The notes under the pieces are model-generated. The model was given only the letters and a program-made list of their open reading frames with translations. It was not told the origin of the DNA and did no database searches. Positions 39,858-50,018 of a stretch of DNA of 64,000 nucleotides are shown here, piece after piece (the stretch's first letter is position 1; every line of letters starts with the position of its first letter). The position numbers and the translations under genes are program-made. Source of the DNA: an uncultured Fibrobacterota bacterium (lineage in GTDB: Bacteria; Fibrobacterota; Chitinivibrionia; Chitinivibrionales; FEN-1185); the NCBI GenBank assembly GCA_963753345.1, contig CAVWBU010000035.1, positions 64,001 to 128,000 of the forward strand, in the 5' to 3' direction.

Positions 39858-40259
39858 ATGAAGAAGACAATTCTCTGCGTCCTTGCAACCGTTGCTGCAG
39901 GCATGTTCGCTCTTGTCAACGCTCAGAGTGCATCGTCGGGCGCTGCCTTCGATCAGACCAGGAGCATTGTTCAGGCGAACTACGACGAGCTCTACAGGTC
40001 CCTTCCGCAGGACCTCCGGACGCGAATACAAAGCGCCTCCGCGACAATTGATAATATCAGAATGATGTCCCCGCAGCAAACGGGCGATTACCTCACGACC
40101 GAGCGCGAAAGGTCCGACCAGTTCATCAGGTCGACGATTTCCACAATGATACTGACCGACGAGGCAAAGGCGCAGGTTGACGATGCCAGCAAGGAAACGT
40201 GCCAGCAGATCAGCGAGAGAATGACCGAACTCAAGGCGCGACGGGCGGCTCGAAAATAG
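39858..40259 (+). CDS. Secreted helical hypothetical protein
   Basis: MKK plus hydrophobic signal peptide ending VNA. Confidence 0.7.
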   Translation: MKKTILCVLATVAAGMFALVNAQSASSGAAFDQTRSIVQANYDELYRSLPQDLRTRIQSASATIDNIRMMSPQQTGDYLTTERERSDQFIRSTISTMILTDEAKAQVDDASKETCQQISERMTELKARRAARK

Positions 40260-40312
40260 TTTGGGAAAGAAGATCGGGATTGATGCAAACCCATTCGATA
40301 GAGGCGATGATG

Positions 40313-40344
40313 AAAAAAACAGGGGAAACGCCCCTGTTTTTTTT
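40313..40344. terminator. Intrinsic terminator
   Basis: AAAAAAACAGGGG-AAACG-CCCCTGTTTTTTTT hairpin with a T tract. Confidence 0.75.
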
Positions 40345-40391
40345 GGTTCCGAAAAAAACATCGGGCGATTGATTTTGTGGAGCCGGCAGGC

Positions 40392-41525
40392 ATGAGAATG
40401 TTCCCCCGCAGCATTGCATGCTTCATACTTTCGGTCTTCATTGTCCGGGCGGCGTGCGGTGACACGCTCGTTATTGCCGGGGTGGTGACGAGCGCAGGGG
40501 ATGCATCGGTGATCCGCAGCGCCCTGGTGACCGTTGCTCTGGCCGGCACCGCAGGGCCTGCTACCGTGGATTCCGCACGCACGGATGCGCTGGGAAGGTA
40601 TGCTATTGTCGCAGTCACCGCCGCCTCAATGGCCGCCATTACCGCAAGCGCCCAGGGATTTCAGGCAGCCCAGAACACGGTAGAAATTTCCTATCCGTCA
40701 AACAGGGTTCCGGACACCGTCCGCGCGGATTTCGCGTTGCATCCTCTAGGTTCCGCGCCCAGCGACACCACAACCATCAGCGGTACTGTTGCCGATTCAA
40801 TCACGCATCACCCGCTTGCCGGCGCGGCCGTCATCGCTCAGGGGTATGCGGGAATCGGCGGCGCGGCCGTAAGCGACACCGTGTGGACCGATTCGTCGGG
40901 CCGTTTTTTCATGCGGCTTTTTACGGCGAACCGCTATTATCCTTTGCTCGCAATTGAAAAGGACGGGTACCGGACACTCGATCGCCTGCTGCCTTCCGGG
41001 AGTCAAAACATAGAGCTTGACACGCTCCTCCTCGAAAAGTTTGAGGCGGGCGACAGCGTCACCTACGTGGTGAGCGGGACGGTGTCCGATTCCACGGGTG
41101 CGGGAATCCGCGGCGCCATCGTTTTGGTCCGGATAAGCAACGGCACCCTGCTGCTCTTTTCCGGAAAGGACACGACATCCCAGCTGGGAGGGTATTACAG
41201 CGTGACCGCACGGCGGCCGTATTATGCCGGCGCCGTCTCCCTGGAGGTTCACGTTGACAAAGACAGATATTTCTCGAAAGACACGGAGCAGGTCCTGCCT
41301 TCGAGCAGCGGGGGCGCGGTCATCAACATGGTGCTGTTTTCCACGCCCTTGTCGGTCCTCCGCTTGGTCAGGGCGCCCGTCCAGGGCGCCGCGCTTCGCC
41401 GAGCGTGTCTTTCGGTTGACGGACGGCTGCTCGGGCGGAACGCGCTGATGCCGGGCCTTGCAAGCGGCGTTGTTCTTTACAAAAGTGACGGCATGCCCGC
41501 ACAGGCTGTTGTGCGGTTGAAATAG
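40392..41525 (+). CDS. Secreted protein with repeated carboxypeptidase-regulatory-like beta domains
   Basis: Three G-x-V...(TD)..G-x-Y/F...GY/F repeats and a signal peptide. Confidence 0.75.
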   Translation: MRMFPRSIACFILSVFIVRAACGDTLVIAGVVTSAGDASVIRSALVTVALAGTAGPATVDSARTDALGRYAIVAVTAASMAAITASAQGFQAAQNTVEISYPSNRVPDTVRADFALHPLGSAPSDTTTISGTVADSITHHPLAGAAVIAQGYAGIGGAAVSDTVWTDSSGRFFMRLFTANRYYPLLAIEKDGYRTLDRLLPSGSQNIELDTLLLEKFEAGDSVTYVVSGTVSDSTGAGIRGAIVLVRISNGTLLLFSGKDTTSQLGGYYSVTARRPYYAGAVSLEVHVDKDRYFSKDTEQVLPSSSGGAVINMVLFSTPLSVLRLVRAPVQGAALRRACLSVDGRLLGRNALMPGLASGVVLYKSDGMPAQAVVRLK

Positions 41526-41557
41526 GCCGTTGTCTCTCTACTGGGGACAGGTTAGTG

Positions 41558-41595
41558 GAAAAGCCGGACGGGGTCATGGCCTCTTCCGGCTTTTC
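41558..41595. terminator. Probable bidirectional terminator between convergent genes
   Basis: GAAAAGCCGGA...TCCGGCTTTTC inverted repeat. Confidence 0.55.
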
Positions 41596-42140
41596 TATTT
41601 GCGTCTGAGGTGCTCAAACAGCCTGGCATATTCGTCGGGGTGGGGGGCAAATGCGGGATCACCCGGCGTGGCAAGCGTTTCAAGTTCTCTAAAGTGAAGA
41701 AACATCGCCTCCGAAACCTCGGATGCCTGCAAGTGCAGCTCGCCGACAAGCAGATTCTTCCTTAGAAGATAGACGTTGTTGAATTCATTGTCGATAAATG
41801 TCCCCGAGCGCTGGATCGATGACGTTTGCAGGGTGAAAAGGCGGCTCATGTCGCTTCCCGCGGCGTGCACTCCGAGTTCCTGCCAAAGCTCCCTCTGCGC
41901 CGCAGCAACCGCGGATTCGCCGGCCGTGATGTGTCCTGCGGCGGACACGTCCCACAGCCCCGGAAACGATTCTCTGGAAAGCGACCGTTTCTGAAAAAGA
42001 AGCAGTCCCCTGCTGTTGACAATCCAGACATGGACCGTTTCGTGCCACAGGCCGAGACGGTGGACGTCGCTTCGGGGTTTTGCGACACCGAGCGGTCTGC
42101 CCGATGGGTCCACGATGTCGATGAATTCTTCGTCCATCAC
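41595..42140 (-). CDS. NUDIX hydrolase (IDI-like subfamily)
   Basis: HRLGLWHETVHVWI, FPGLWDVSAAGH and Nudix box GESAVAAAQRELWQELG. Confidence 0.85.
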   Translation of the reverse strand: MMDEEFIDIVDPSGRPLGVAKPRSDVHRLGLWHETVHVWIVNSRGLLLFQKRSLSRESFPGLWDVSAAGHITAGESAVAAAQRELWQELGVHAAGSDMSRLFTLQTSSIQRSGTFIDNEFNNVYLLRKNLLVGELHLQASEVSEAMFLHFRELETLATPGDPAFAPHPDEYARLFEHLRRK

Positions 42141-42883
42141 CGGAGGGGCTTATTGGAAACCACGAGGAGCGCGGGAACGTCGCCTTCGCCCGCGTAGGGG
42201 AGGGGGATGGACGCGGCCGGATAGGACCTGTTGTTGAGGAGGATCGTATCGCCTTTCACCTCGGAGATCGATTCCACGTTGTCCATGCCGATGACCGTTG
42301 ACCCTTTCTTGACAAGAACAGAATATCCGGGCCAGCAGGCAAGCCCGGCGCAGAAGTCCCTGCCGACGGCGATCCCGCCGCAGGCGAAAAACACGGCAGT
42401 GTCGAGGATGGTGAAACGCGCCTTTGCCTGCAGCGTGAGCACGTTCTCGCCTTTCACGTTGTCCATGACAAAGGCGGGAGCCGCGGCGAGGTTCCTTGCG
42501 GCCGAAAAGACGGTGCCGGTGTTCGCGGGAAAATGGCCGCAGGAAAGAATGACGTACTGTGAGTCCGTTATGGAAAGCACCGAAAGCGCCATGGGCCCGA
42601 GGTATTTCTGGGCAAGCTCGGTCACCTCGGGTGCGGAGCGGTCCTTGTCGACAAAGAGCTTCATGGAAAACTCCCTGTCTGCCGCGACGACGCCGGCGAA
42701 AGCGGCGATCTGGCCCGAAAGCAGGTCCATCCTCGACGTGAGCTGGCGGCCGACCGCCTGCTTCACAAACGCGAGTTCCGCGGAGGCCGCGGCCTGTTTG
42801 TCGGACTGGCCGCACCGGAGAAACAGGGCCGCAGGGACAAGCAGCGCCGCGCAGGCCGCGCGCACGGGAAGCCGCGACATCAT
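42137..42883 (-). CDS. Putative lipoprotein with an extracytoplasmic sensor-like domain
   Basis: Hydrophobic leader ending LFLRC; ATGA overlap with the adk stop. Confidence 0.65.
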   Translation of the reverse strand: MMSRLPVRAACAALLVPAALFLRCGQSDKQAAASAELAFVKQAVGRQLTSRMDLLSGQIAAFAGVVAADREFSMKLFVDKDRSAPEVTELAQKYLGPMALSVLSITDSQYVILSCGHFPANTGTVFSAARNLAAAPAFVMDNVKGENVLTLQAKARFTILDTAVFFACGGIAVGRDFCAGLACWPGYSVLVKKGSTVIGMDNVESISEVKGDTILLNNRSYPAASIPLPYAGEGDVPALLVVSNKPLR

Positions 42884-43453
42884 GCAAAGACCTTTCGTAT
42901 CCTGGCGAAAACGTCGTCGATGGAGCCGATGCCGTCTATGTCCCGCACGATCCCCTGGGGCCGGTAATAGTTGATGCACGGCTCGCTCTGGCTCTTATAC
43001 GTATCGATGCGGTTCTGGATAACCTTCGGGTCCGCGTCGTCGGCGCGGCCTTCGATGGAGGCGCGCTTGAGCAGGCGGGTGCGGATTTCCTCGTCCCTGA
43101 TCGCGATGTTGATGATATGGTCGAGCTTCATCCCGAGCTCCGAAAGGATTTTGTCGAGCGCCTGCGCCTGCGGCACGCTGCGCGGAAAACCGTCGAGCAG
43201 AAAGCCGGCCTTCATGTCGGCTTTGCCGAGCCGGTCCTTTCACCATTGCGATGGTCACTTCGTCGGGCACGAGCTTGCCCTTGTTTGAAAAGAGCATTGC
43301 GGTCTTTCCGAGTTCGGTGTTGCCCTTGATGTTGACGCGGAACATGTCGCCGGTTGACACATGCGGAAGCGACAGCAGCTCAACCAGTTTTTTCGCCTGC
43401 GTGCCCTTGCCCGCGCCCGGAGGGCCGAAGAGGACGATGTTGTTGCCTGCCAT
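42880..43453 (-). CDS. adk: Adenylate kinase, apparent frameshift near 43240
   Basis: [17 protein letters not shown] and LVPDEVT, then GFLLDGFPR and GRADD in the next frame. Confidence 0.93.
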
Positions 43454-43568
43454 GATGAGAAAGCCTTTCTGTGGGGGTGGAATGGAAGATTTTCAAAATA
43501 ATTCAATGAAGGAAATGGGGGAGGTATTTAATGGGGCGACAAATACTAGAGAAAATCAAGAAATGATC

Positions 43569-43930
43569 GGGGGAGAAGTCTCTCCCCCGGCCTCGGCCGG
43601 CCCTGCCGTCCTTGGCACTCCCCTCTCAGGGGTGCACCCCTAGTGGATGCAGTGGCAAGAGTCAACTTCGGCTGGGGGGCACCCACGGGCGATAGTGGCA
43701 TGAGGAAATTACGGCTGTTTTCTTTGGTTCTTTGTTGCTTCTATAAGTTCTGGCGCAAGAAGAATACTTGACAAAACATATTCCTCTTGCCGCGCGTTAG
43801 GAGCGACTGGAGGCCGCGCCGGAGCGCGGTGCTGCCTGACCACGGCACGAAGTGCCCTCGTGGCAGGCAGCCCGAGGCCGAAGGCCGAGACCGGAAGGAG
43901 AACCGACCCCGCGTAGCGGGGGAACGCCCA
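43569..43930. repeat. Composite repeat: family B copy 4 (43569-43685) plus family A copy 6 (43768-43930)
   Basis: GGGGGAGAAGTCTCTCCCCC...GGGGGCACCCA ... TTGAC...GGGGAACGCCCA. Confidence 0.8.
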
Positions 43931-44030
43931 GTTTTTTATCTTTATTGGTAATTTCCTCCCCTCGAAAACGAATAACTCCGTGGAAGGATCATGGAATTAT
44001 CTTTGTAATACAGGAATTAATTAAACCATC

Positions 44031-45125
44031 ATGATTACCAGACGAGACCTTCTCAAATCCTCCGCCGCGGTGGCGGGAATGTGCGCGGCGCCGGGGTGCT
44101 TTGCCAAGCCCGCGAGCGCGAGAAAAACCGCCCTGTACTGGCAGGCCATGGGCGAGAACGCGGTGGCGTGCGAGCTGTGCCCGCACCAGTGCGTCCTTCA
44201 GGACGGCAAGACAGGCATCTGCCGCACGCGCGAGAACGTGAAAGGCACGCTCGTCAACAACGCTTATGCCAACCCCTGCACCACCCACGTTGACCCGGTG
44301 GAAAAGAAACCGGTGTTCCATGTGCTTCCCGGCACCAAGGCATATTCGCTTGCCATTGCGGGCTGCAACCTGCGCTGCCTCAACTGCCAGAATTATACCA
44401 TCAGTCAACAATTCCCCAAAGACACCGAGACCATGTTCCTGCCGCCGGAAAAGGTTGTCGAAGAGGCAAAACGGGAAGGCTGCTCCTCCATTGCCTATAC
44501 CTATTCGGAGCCCATAACATGGTTCGAGTATGTGCTTGACACGTGCAAGCTGGCGAGAAAAGCCGGCCTCAAGAACATCCTGGTGACCGCGGGCTACATC
44601 AACGAGGCGCCGCTCAAGGAGCTTTCCGGGTACTTGGACGCGGCGACCATCGATCTGAAGGGCTTTAAAAACGAGACGTATCTCAAGCTGAATTCGGCGA
44701 AATTGCAGCCGGTGCTTGACGCCATAGCGAATGCCGTGAAATTCGGCATCTGGGTCGAAGTGTCTACCCTGGTTGTTCCCACCTACACCGACGATTTCGA
44801 CATGATCCGAAAAATGTGCGCCTGGCACAAACAGAACGTGGGCGCCGACGTGCCGCTGCATTTCCTGAGGTTCTTTCCGCTTTACAAACTGGAAAACCTT
44901 TATCCCACGCCCACCGACGTGCTGGTGAAGGCGAAGAAGATCGCGATTGAAGAGGGGATACAATTCGTCTACATAGGCAACGTGGCCGAGGTGGATTCCA
45001 GCACCTACTGCCCGTCATGCAAGAAAGCCCTTGTGGTGCGCGACGGCTACCTCATCAAAAAGATCGCGATCAGAAACGGGAAATGCGACAATTGCGGGAC
45101 CACGATCCGAGGGATCTGGTCTTAG
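44031..45125 (+). CDS. amrS: AmmeMemoRadiSam system radical SAM enzyme with a Tat signal
   Basis: MITRRDLLK; CELCPHQC, DPVEKKP, GCNLRCLNCQN, AYTYSEP and CPSC...CDNC. Confidence 0.93.
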   Translation: MITRRDLLKSSAAVAGMCAAPGCFAKPASARKTALYWQAMGENAVACELCPHQCVLQDGKTGICRTRENVKGTLVNNAYANPCTTHVDPVEKKPVFHVLPGTKAYSLAIAGCNLRCLNCQNYTISQQFPKDTETMFLPPEKVVEEAKREGCSSIAYTYSEPITWFEYVLDTCKLARKAGLKNILVTAGYINEAPLKELSGYLDAATIDLKGFKNETYLKLNSAKLQPVLDAIANAVKFGIWVEVSTLVVPTYTDDFDMIRKMCAWHKQNVGADVPLHFLRFFPLYKLENLYPTPTDVLVKAKKIAIEEGIQFVYIGNVAEVDSSTYCPSCKKALVVRDGYLIKKIAIRNGKCDNCGTTIRGIWS

Positions 45126-45167
45126 CAGCCGCAGCGCTTTTCGCAAAAGCCGGGATTATATTTACCC

Positions 45168-46079
45168 ATGGATGTGCTTATGCCGTATCAGCGAAGCCCG
45201 AAAGTCACCGGCGTTCTGAGAGTGACCGTTTCCATCCTCGCGGGAGTGATGATCATGACTGCGGCATGCTCGGGTCAGGGACAGGACAGGGTGAGAAAGC
45301 CCGCGGTTGCGGGACAGTTCTATTCCGACAATCCGTCGGAACTGAGGCGGGACGTTGAATCGTACCTGTCGCACGGGAAGCAGCTCGCCTCGGCGCCGAA
45401 GATGCTCATCTGCCCTCACGCAGGCTATGTTTTTTCCGGGCCGGTGGCGGGCATCGGGTATGCGACGCTTGACAAAAACATCAAGACGGTTATCCTGCTC
45501 GGCCCGCCGCATCATGTTCCGGTGCGCGGCATTGCAACGGCCGGCGCAGACTGGTTCGAGACCCCGCTCGGCAGGGTGGCGGTCGACACGGATCGCGTGA
45601 AAAAGCTCCTTGCGAGTCGGCTTGCGTATGAGGACCCCGCCGCCCATGCTCCCGAGCACAGCGTTGAGGTGCAGGTGCCGTTTCTGCAGGTGCGGCTCGG
45701 ATCGTTCAAAATAGTGCCCCTGCTCGTTTACGACATCGACCCGCAGAAGGCTGCCGACGCCATTTTTCCGCTTATCGACGAATCCACCGTGGTGATCGCC
45801 TCGTCCGACCTTTCCCACTACCACAGCAGCAATGAGGCGAAGGCGATAGACCAGAGGACCATTGCCACGATCCTTGCAGGGAACGACCAGGGAGAGATTG
45901 ACGCATGCGGCGAGATGCCGATCCGCGTGGTGATACGGCTCGCGAAGATGATGTCGCTAACGCCGGTTCTCCTTGACGCCCGCAACTCATTCGAAACCGC
46001 TCCGGCGTTCGGTTCCGAAGACAGGGTGGTGGGATACGCCTCAATTGCATACGTAAAGAAGCCCGCCGGGAAGAAGTAG
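45168..46079 (+). CDS. amrB: AmmeMemoRadiSam system protein B (MEMO1 family), lipoprotein-like leader
   Basis: RKPAVAGQFY, PHAGYVFSG, EHSVEVQVPFLQ, SSDLSHY and VVGYAS. Confidence 0.93.
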   Translation: MDVLMPYQRSPKVTGVLRVTVSILAGVMIMTAACSGQGQDRVRKPAVAGQFYSDNPSELRRDVESYLSHGKQLASAPKMLICPHAGYVFSGPVAGIGYATLDKNIKTVILLGPPHHVPVRGIATAGADWFETPLGRVAVDTDRVKKLLASRLAYEDPAAHAPEHSVEVQVPFLQVRLGSFKIVPLLVYDIDPQKAADAIFPLIDESTVVIASSDLSHYHSSNEAKAIDQRTIATILAGNDQGEIDACGEMPIRVVIRLAKMMSLTPVLLDARNSFETAPAFGSEDRVVGYASIAYVKKPAGKK

Positions 46080-46145
46080 CAGTTTGTTGATGGAATCATG
46101 AACAACCTCACCGCAAAGGACGCAAAGACAAATTCGTGAAGGTCA

Positions 46146-46856
46146 ATGATTATGAAACGTCACTCGGCAATAATACGTGTCATCATTCTCGGAGCAACAC
46201 TCATGGCCGTCGTAAATTGCGATGCGTCGTCCGACAAGACCGGTGAGAAAAAAGCCGCCGCAGGGAAAGCGGACAGCGTGAATTCCGCCGCCACAAAGAA
46301 CGCGGACGATCTTTCTCAGGATGTCAAGACATTCCTGCTCAAGCTGGCGCGTCAGAACCTTGAGGCAGCGGTGAAGGGCGGATCCCCGGTGGTGCCCCAG
46401 AATTCTCCGGCCATAACCAAGGAATACCGCGGCTGTTTTGTCACGCTCACCAAGCATGGCGAGCTTCGCGGCTGCATCGGGTACATCGAGGGGATAAAGC
46501 CGTTGTACGAGGCCGTGATCGACAATGCCAAGAACGCCGCGCTTGAAGACCCCCGTTTTTCCCCGGTGACCCCGGACGAGCTCTCTGGCATCGAGGTGGA
46601 GGTGTCGGTGCTCACCAAACCCGAGCCCCTGCCGCATACGAGCCCGCAGGACCTTCTTGACAAGCTGGAGCCGGGCAAAGACGGCATCATTTTGTCCAGC
46701 GGCTACCACCAGTCCACGTTTCTGCCCCAGGTGTGGGACCAGCTCCCGGACAAGGTGGACTTCCTCGAACACCTCTCCATGAAGGGCGGCATGCCCGAAG
46801 ACGGATGGAAGACCGCAGATGTCAAGCGCTACCGCGCCGTGCATTTCCACGAGTGA
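46146..46856 (+). CDS. amrA: AmmeMemoRadiSam system protein A (AMMECR1 family), lipoprotein-like leader
   Basis: GCFVTL, LRGCIG, DPRF, EVSVLT and TFLPQVW. Confidence 0.93.
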   Translation: MIMKRHSAIIRVIILGATLMAVVNCDASSDKTGEKKAAAGKADSVNSAATKNADDLSQDVKTFLLKLARQNLEAAVKGGSPVVPQNSPAITKEYRGCFVTLTKHGELRGCIGYIEGIKPLYEAVIDNAKNAALEDPRFSPVTPDELSGIEVEVSVLTKPEPLPHTSPQDLLDKLEPGKDGIILSSGYHQSTFLPQVWDQLPDKVDFLEHLSMKGGMPEDGWKTADVKRYRAVHFHE

Positions 46857-48775
46857 CGTCAAGCCGGCGCCGTTTCTTTTCGGCGCCGGCCTGTTTGCGG
46901 CCGCGCTGCAGACCGTGTTCTTCCGCGAATTCCTCTCTGTTTTTTCCGGCAATGAACTTTCCATCGGGCTGATCCTGTGCGTGTGGCTCCTGGCCGTGGG
47001 CGCGGGCGACCACGATTTCGTCCCGTGGCCCGGGCCGGGAAGCGGGCAAAGGCTTTGCGCCGGGCGGCGCCGTGTTCGCGCTTGTCGTGTGCGCGGCCGC
47101 GGGTGTCACTATTGTCCGGGCCAGCCGCCTGGTGTTTCTGCCGGGCGAGGCCCTGGGCCCGCTTCAGATGCTGGCGGTGGCCGCCGCAACCGAACTGCCG
47201 TTCGCGTTTGCAAACGGGCTGGTGCTGGGCGCGCTGCTCTCGCGGCCGGCGCAACCGGCCAAGCTTTACGGATGGGAGAACGCGGGCGCGGCCGCGGGCG
47301 CGCTGTGCGTGTTCGCGTGCGTGCTCGCCGGCGCGCCCAACAGCCTGATCGCCGCCGTTGCCGCGCTTCCGCTATTGTTTCTGAGCCGCCGAACGCCGTG
47401 GTTTTGTCTCGCATCCTTGGCGGCGCTGGTTCTTGTCGTGTCGCTTGACCGCGTATCGGTGCAATGGAAATATAACGTTCCTTCGAACGGAATCGTGTAC
47501 GGCCGGGAGGGTGAAATCGTCCAGGCGGACATGGGCGGGGACACCACGTTCCTTCTTAACGGCGCGCTGTACAAGTCGACCATGCAGAAGCCGTTCCTTG
47601 AGCAGGCGGTCCACATCCCCATGGGGCAGCGGCCGAACGCGAAGCGTGCGCTTGTGGTGTTCGACCGGGGCCAGAAACGCGAGCTGGCAAAGTATCCCGA
47701 TTGTTCGGTTGACGTAGTGGAAACCGAGCCGGCGTTTGCCAAAAGGGGAGGCGCCGTCGCCGCGATCGAGACGTTTCGCCCCGCCGCGCGGTACGACGTC
47801 GTGTTTCTGGGGACCGGCATTCCGCGCACCGCGGCTGCGAACCGTTTTTACACGCGCTCATTTTTAGCGCGCGTAAGAACGTTCCTCACCGACGCGGGGA
47901 TCGTCACGTTCACGCTGCCGTTTTCCGAGAACTACTTCTCTCCGGCGGAGAAGAAGCTGTACGATGCGCTGCGCGCGACGCTTTCCTCGGTGTTCCCCTA
48001 TGTTCTGGTATTTCCGGGTGAAGGATATACCTTCATGGCCTCGGTTGCGCCGCTTTCCACACACTGGAACGTCAGGGCTGCCACCGAGTACCTTGCGCAG
48101 TCCATCATTCCCGCTGCTTCGGGCGAGCGGGTCAGGGAAGCGAACCAAAGTCCGGTATTCGCTGTTGTCAATACCCGGGACAGACCGCTCGCGCTGCTGC
48201 TCGGGCTGGAAAGCTGGACCGAGCTGTTCAGGAACCAGTTTGCCATTCTCATTGCGCTGCTCGCGGCCTGTTTTTGCGCCGCGCTCTGGTTTTCGCCTCG
48301 GACCCGCGCCGGCCTCTCGGTGGGAACGAGCGGGCTCGTTCTCGGGGCGTATTCGGTGTGCCTGCTTCTTATTTATCAATCGACCTGCGGCGCGCTCTAT
48401 TCGCGGGTATCGCTGCTGCTCGTCGCGCTCACGGCCGGGTTCTGGGCCGGAGCGTTTGTAAAGAAGCTGCCGCTGTCCGACCTCGCAGTGGGTATCTACT
48501 GCGGCGGCACCCTGCTTGTGCTTTCGGCAATCCCGTCTCCCATGCCGTTTTTGTTCTACGCGTTTCACGCGGGTGCGGGAGTTCTGGGGGGCGCGCAGAT
48601 CGTTTCGAGGAAAAACGCGGGACTCGGCGGGCTCTACGCAGCCGATGTGTTCGGCGGGGCGGTTGGGATGGCGCTGTGCTCGACGCTTTTGGTTCCGCTG
48701 GTGGGGATTGTGCCGGTGGCGCTGGGCATGGCCGCCATCAAGGTAATCGTTGAAATTGTCAATTTTATAAAATAA
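46819..48775 (+). CDS. Polytopic membrane protein with a spermidine-synthase-like domain, apparent frameshift near 47020-47070
   Basis: REFLSVFSGNEL leader, LYGWENAG, ANRFYT and LYAADVFGG motifs of fused membrane/spermidine synthase proteins; start uncertain. Confidence 0.8.
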
Positions 48776-48793
48776 ATCGATAAGATATTTAAA

Positions 48794-49196
48794 GGGGGAG
48801 GTATCCCCCTCGCTCCGGCCGCTTTCAGCGTCCTGCGCTACCCCCTCCAGGGTAGCCGCCTTGACAAAGCAGCTGCAAGATCAAACATTTTTGTGGCGGC
48901 ACCCGAGAAAAGTAGTTGAGGAGTTGAGAAGAAAAAGCGTTTGATACTTGAAACGGTGAAAAGAAACAAAATCCGAAGAGGATATCCGGTAACTGATTCA
49001 TTGCGAATACGGGTTGGCGCAAGGAAGGTAATTTGACAGAATAGATTCCCCTCTGCCGCGCGCCAGGCAGGACTGGAAGGTGCGCTGGAGCGCATTGCCG
49101 CCTGACCACGCCCGAAGGGCCATAGTGGCGGGCGGCAACGAGGCCGCAGGCCGAGCCTGAAAGGAGGGCCGACGCCGCGAAGCGGCGGGGCGCCCA
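48794..49196. repeat. Composite repeat: family B copy 5 (48794-48904) plus linker plus family A copy 7 (49033-49196)
   Basis: Linker closely matches 52860-52989. Confidence 0.88.
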
Positions 49197-49270
49197 AGTA
49201 TTTTATTGATCTATTGACGAAGGCGAGGGGAACGCCCATTTCAAATTAATCATTTACTTACCAGAATCCT

Positions 49271-50018
49271 TTACAATCCCCAAACTATCCGTAATCGCCC
49301 TGAATCTATAGTACTTCCGCAGCACCCTGTGGTAGTAGTCGCTTGACAAACGCTGCTGCGACGCAAGCTGTTCGAGAATTGACTCCCGGGCCCTGGTTGT
49401 AGGCGAGCAGGCCGAGCTTGAAACTGCGGAAATGCGCGATGAGCTGCGTGAGGTATGCGGCGCCGAGGACCACGTTGACGTCGGGCCTCAAGAGGTCGGC
49501 GGTTGCTGTGCACGGTCAATGCCCAGGCTCTGGGCGATCTTCTGCGCGGTCTCCAGCTTGAGCTGCATCAGGCCGAACGCGCCGCTTGCCTCGCCGCTCT
49601 TGTACTGCCCTGCCGCGCGCGACGAAAACCTGCTTTCCACGTCGATCACGGCGAGCAGCAGCAGCGGATCGTAGCCGTAGGTGGAACTGCTCTCGTGCAC
49701 CAGGTCTGCAAGATGCCAGTAGGTCTGCGCCGAGAACCTGGTGCCGAGCACCGCCCGCATGGCGGCGATGATTCGTTCCTTTGACGCAAGATCCGCCAGG
49801 TTCTTCTCGTCGGCCTGTTTGCTCTCGTGGAGCGACAGGATGCGGCGGTCGTTGGAGCGGATGATCGCTTCGTCAAGCACGATGAGGAAGGTGAGGGTGA
49901 AGAACGCGAAAAGAATGCCTGCGATGAGGACAATGCTGGCGAATTCGGAGATCCAGATCTTGTTTCCGTGCAGAATGACGCCGAGGCGGAGCAACAATGA
50001 CGAGCGGCCCGGTTTCAC
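49271..50018 (-). CDS. Membrane-anchored lytic transglycosylase (SLT domain), apparent frameshifts near 49500 and 49370
   Basis: DPLLLLAVIDVES and GAFGLMQL, then LGAAYL and AYNQGP in another frame. Confidence 0.8.

Noticed and set aside
43768-43800. Conserved TTGAC at the end of family A as a sigma70 promoter
   Set aside because: No -10 hexamer at 16-18 nt spacing in the copies examined.
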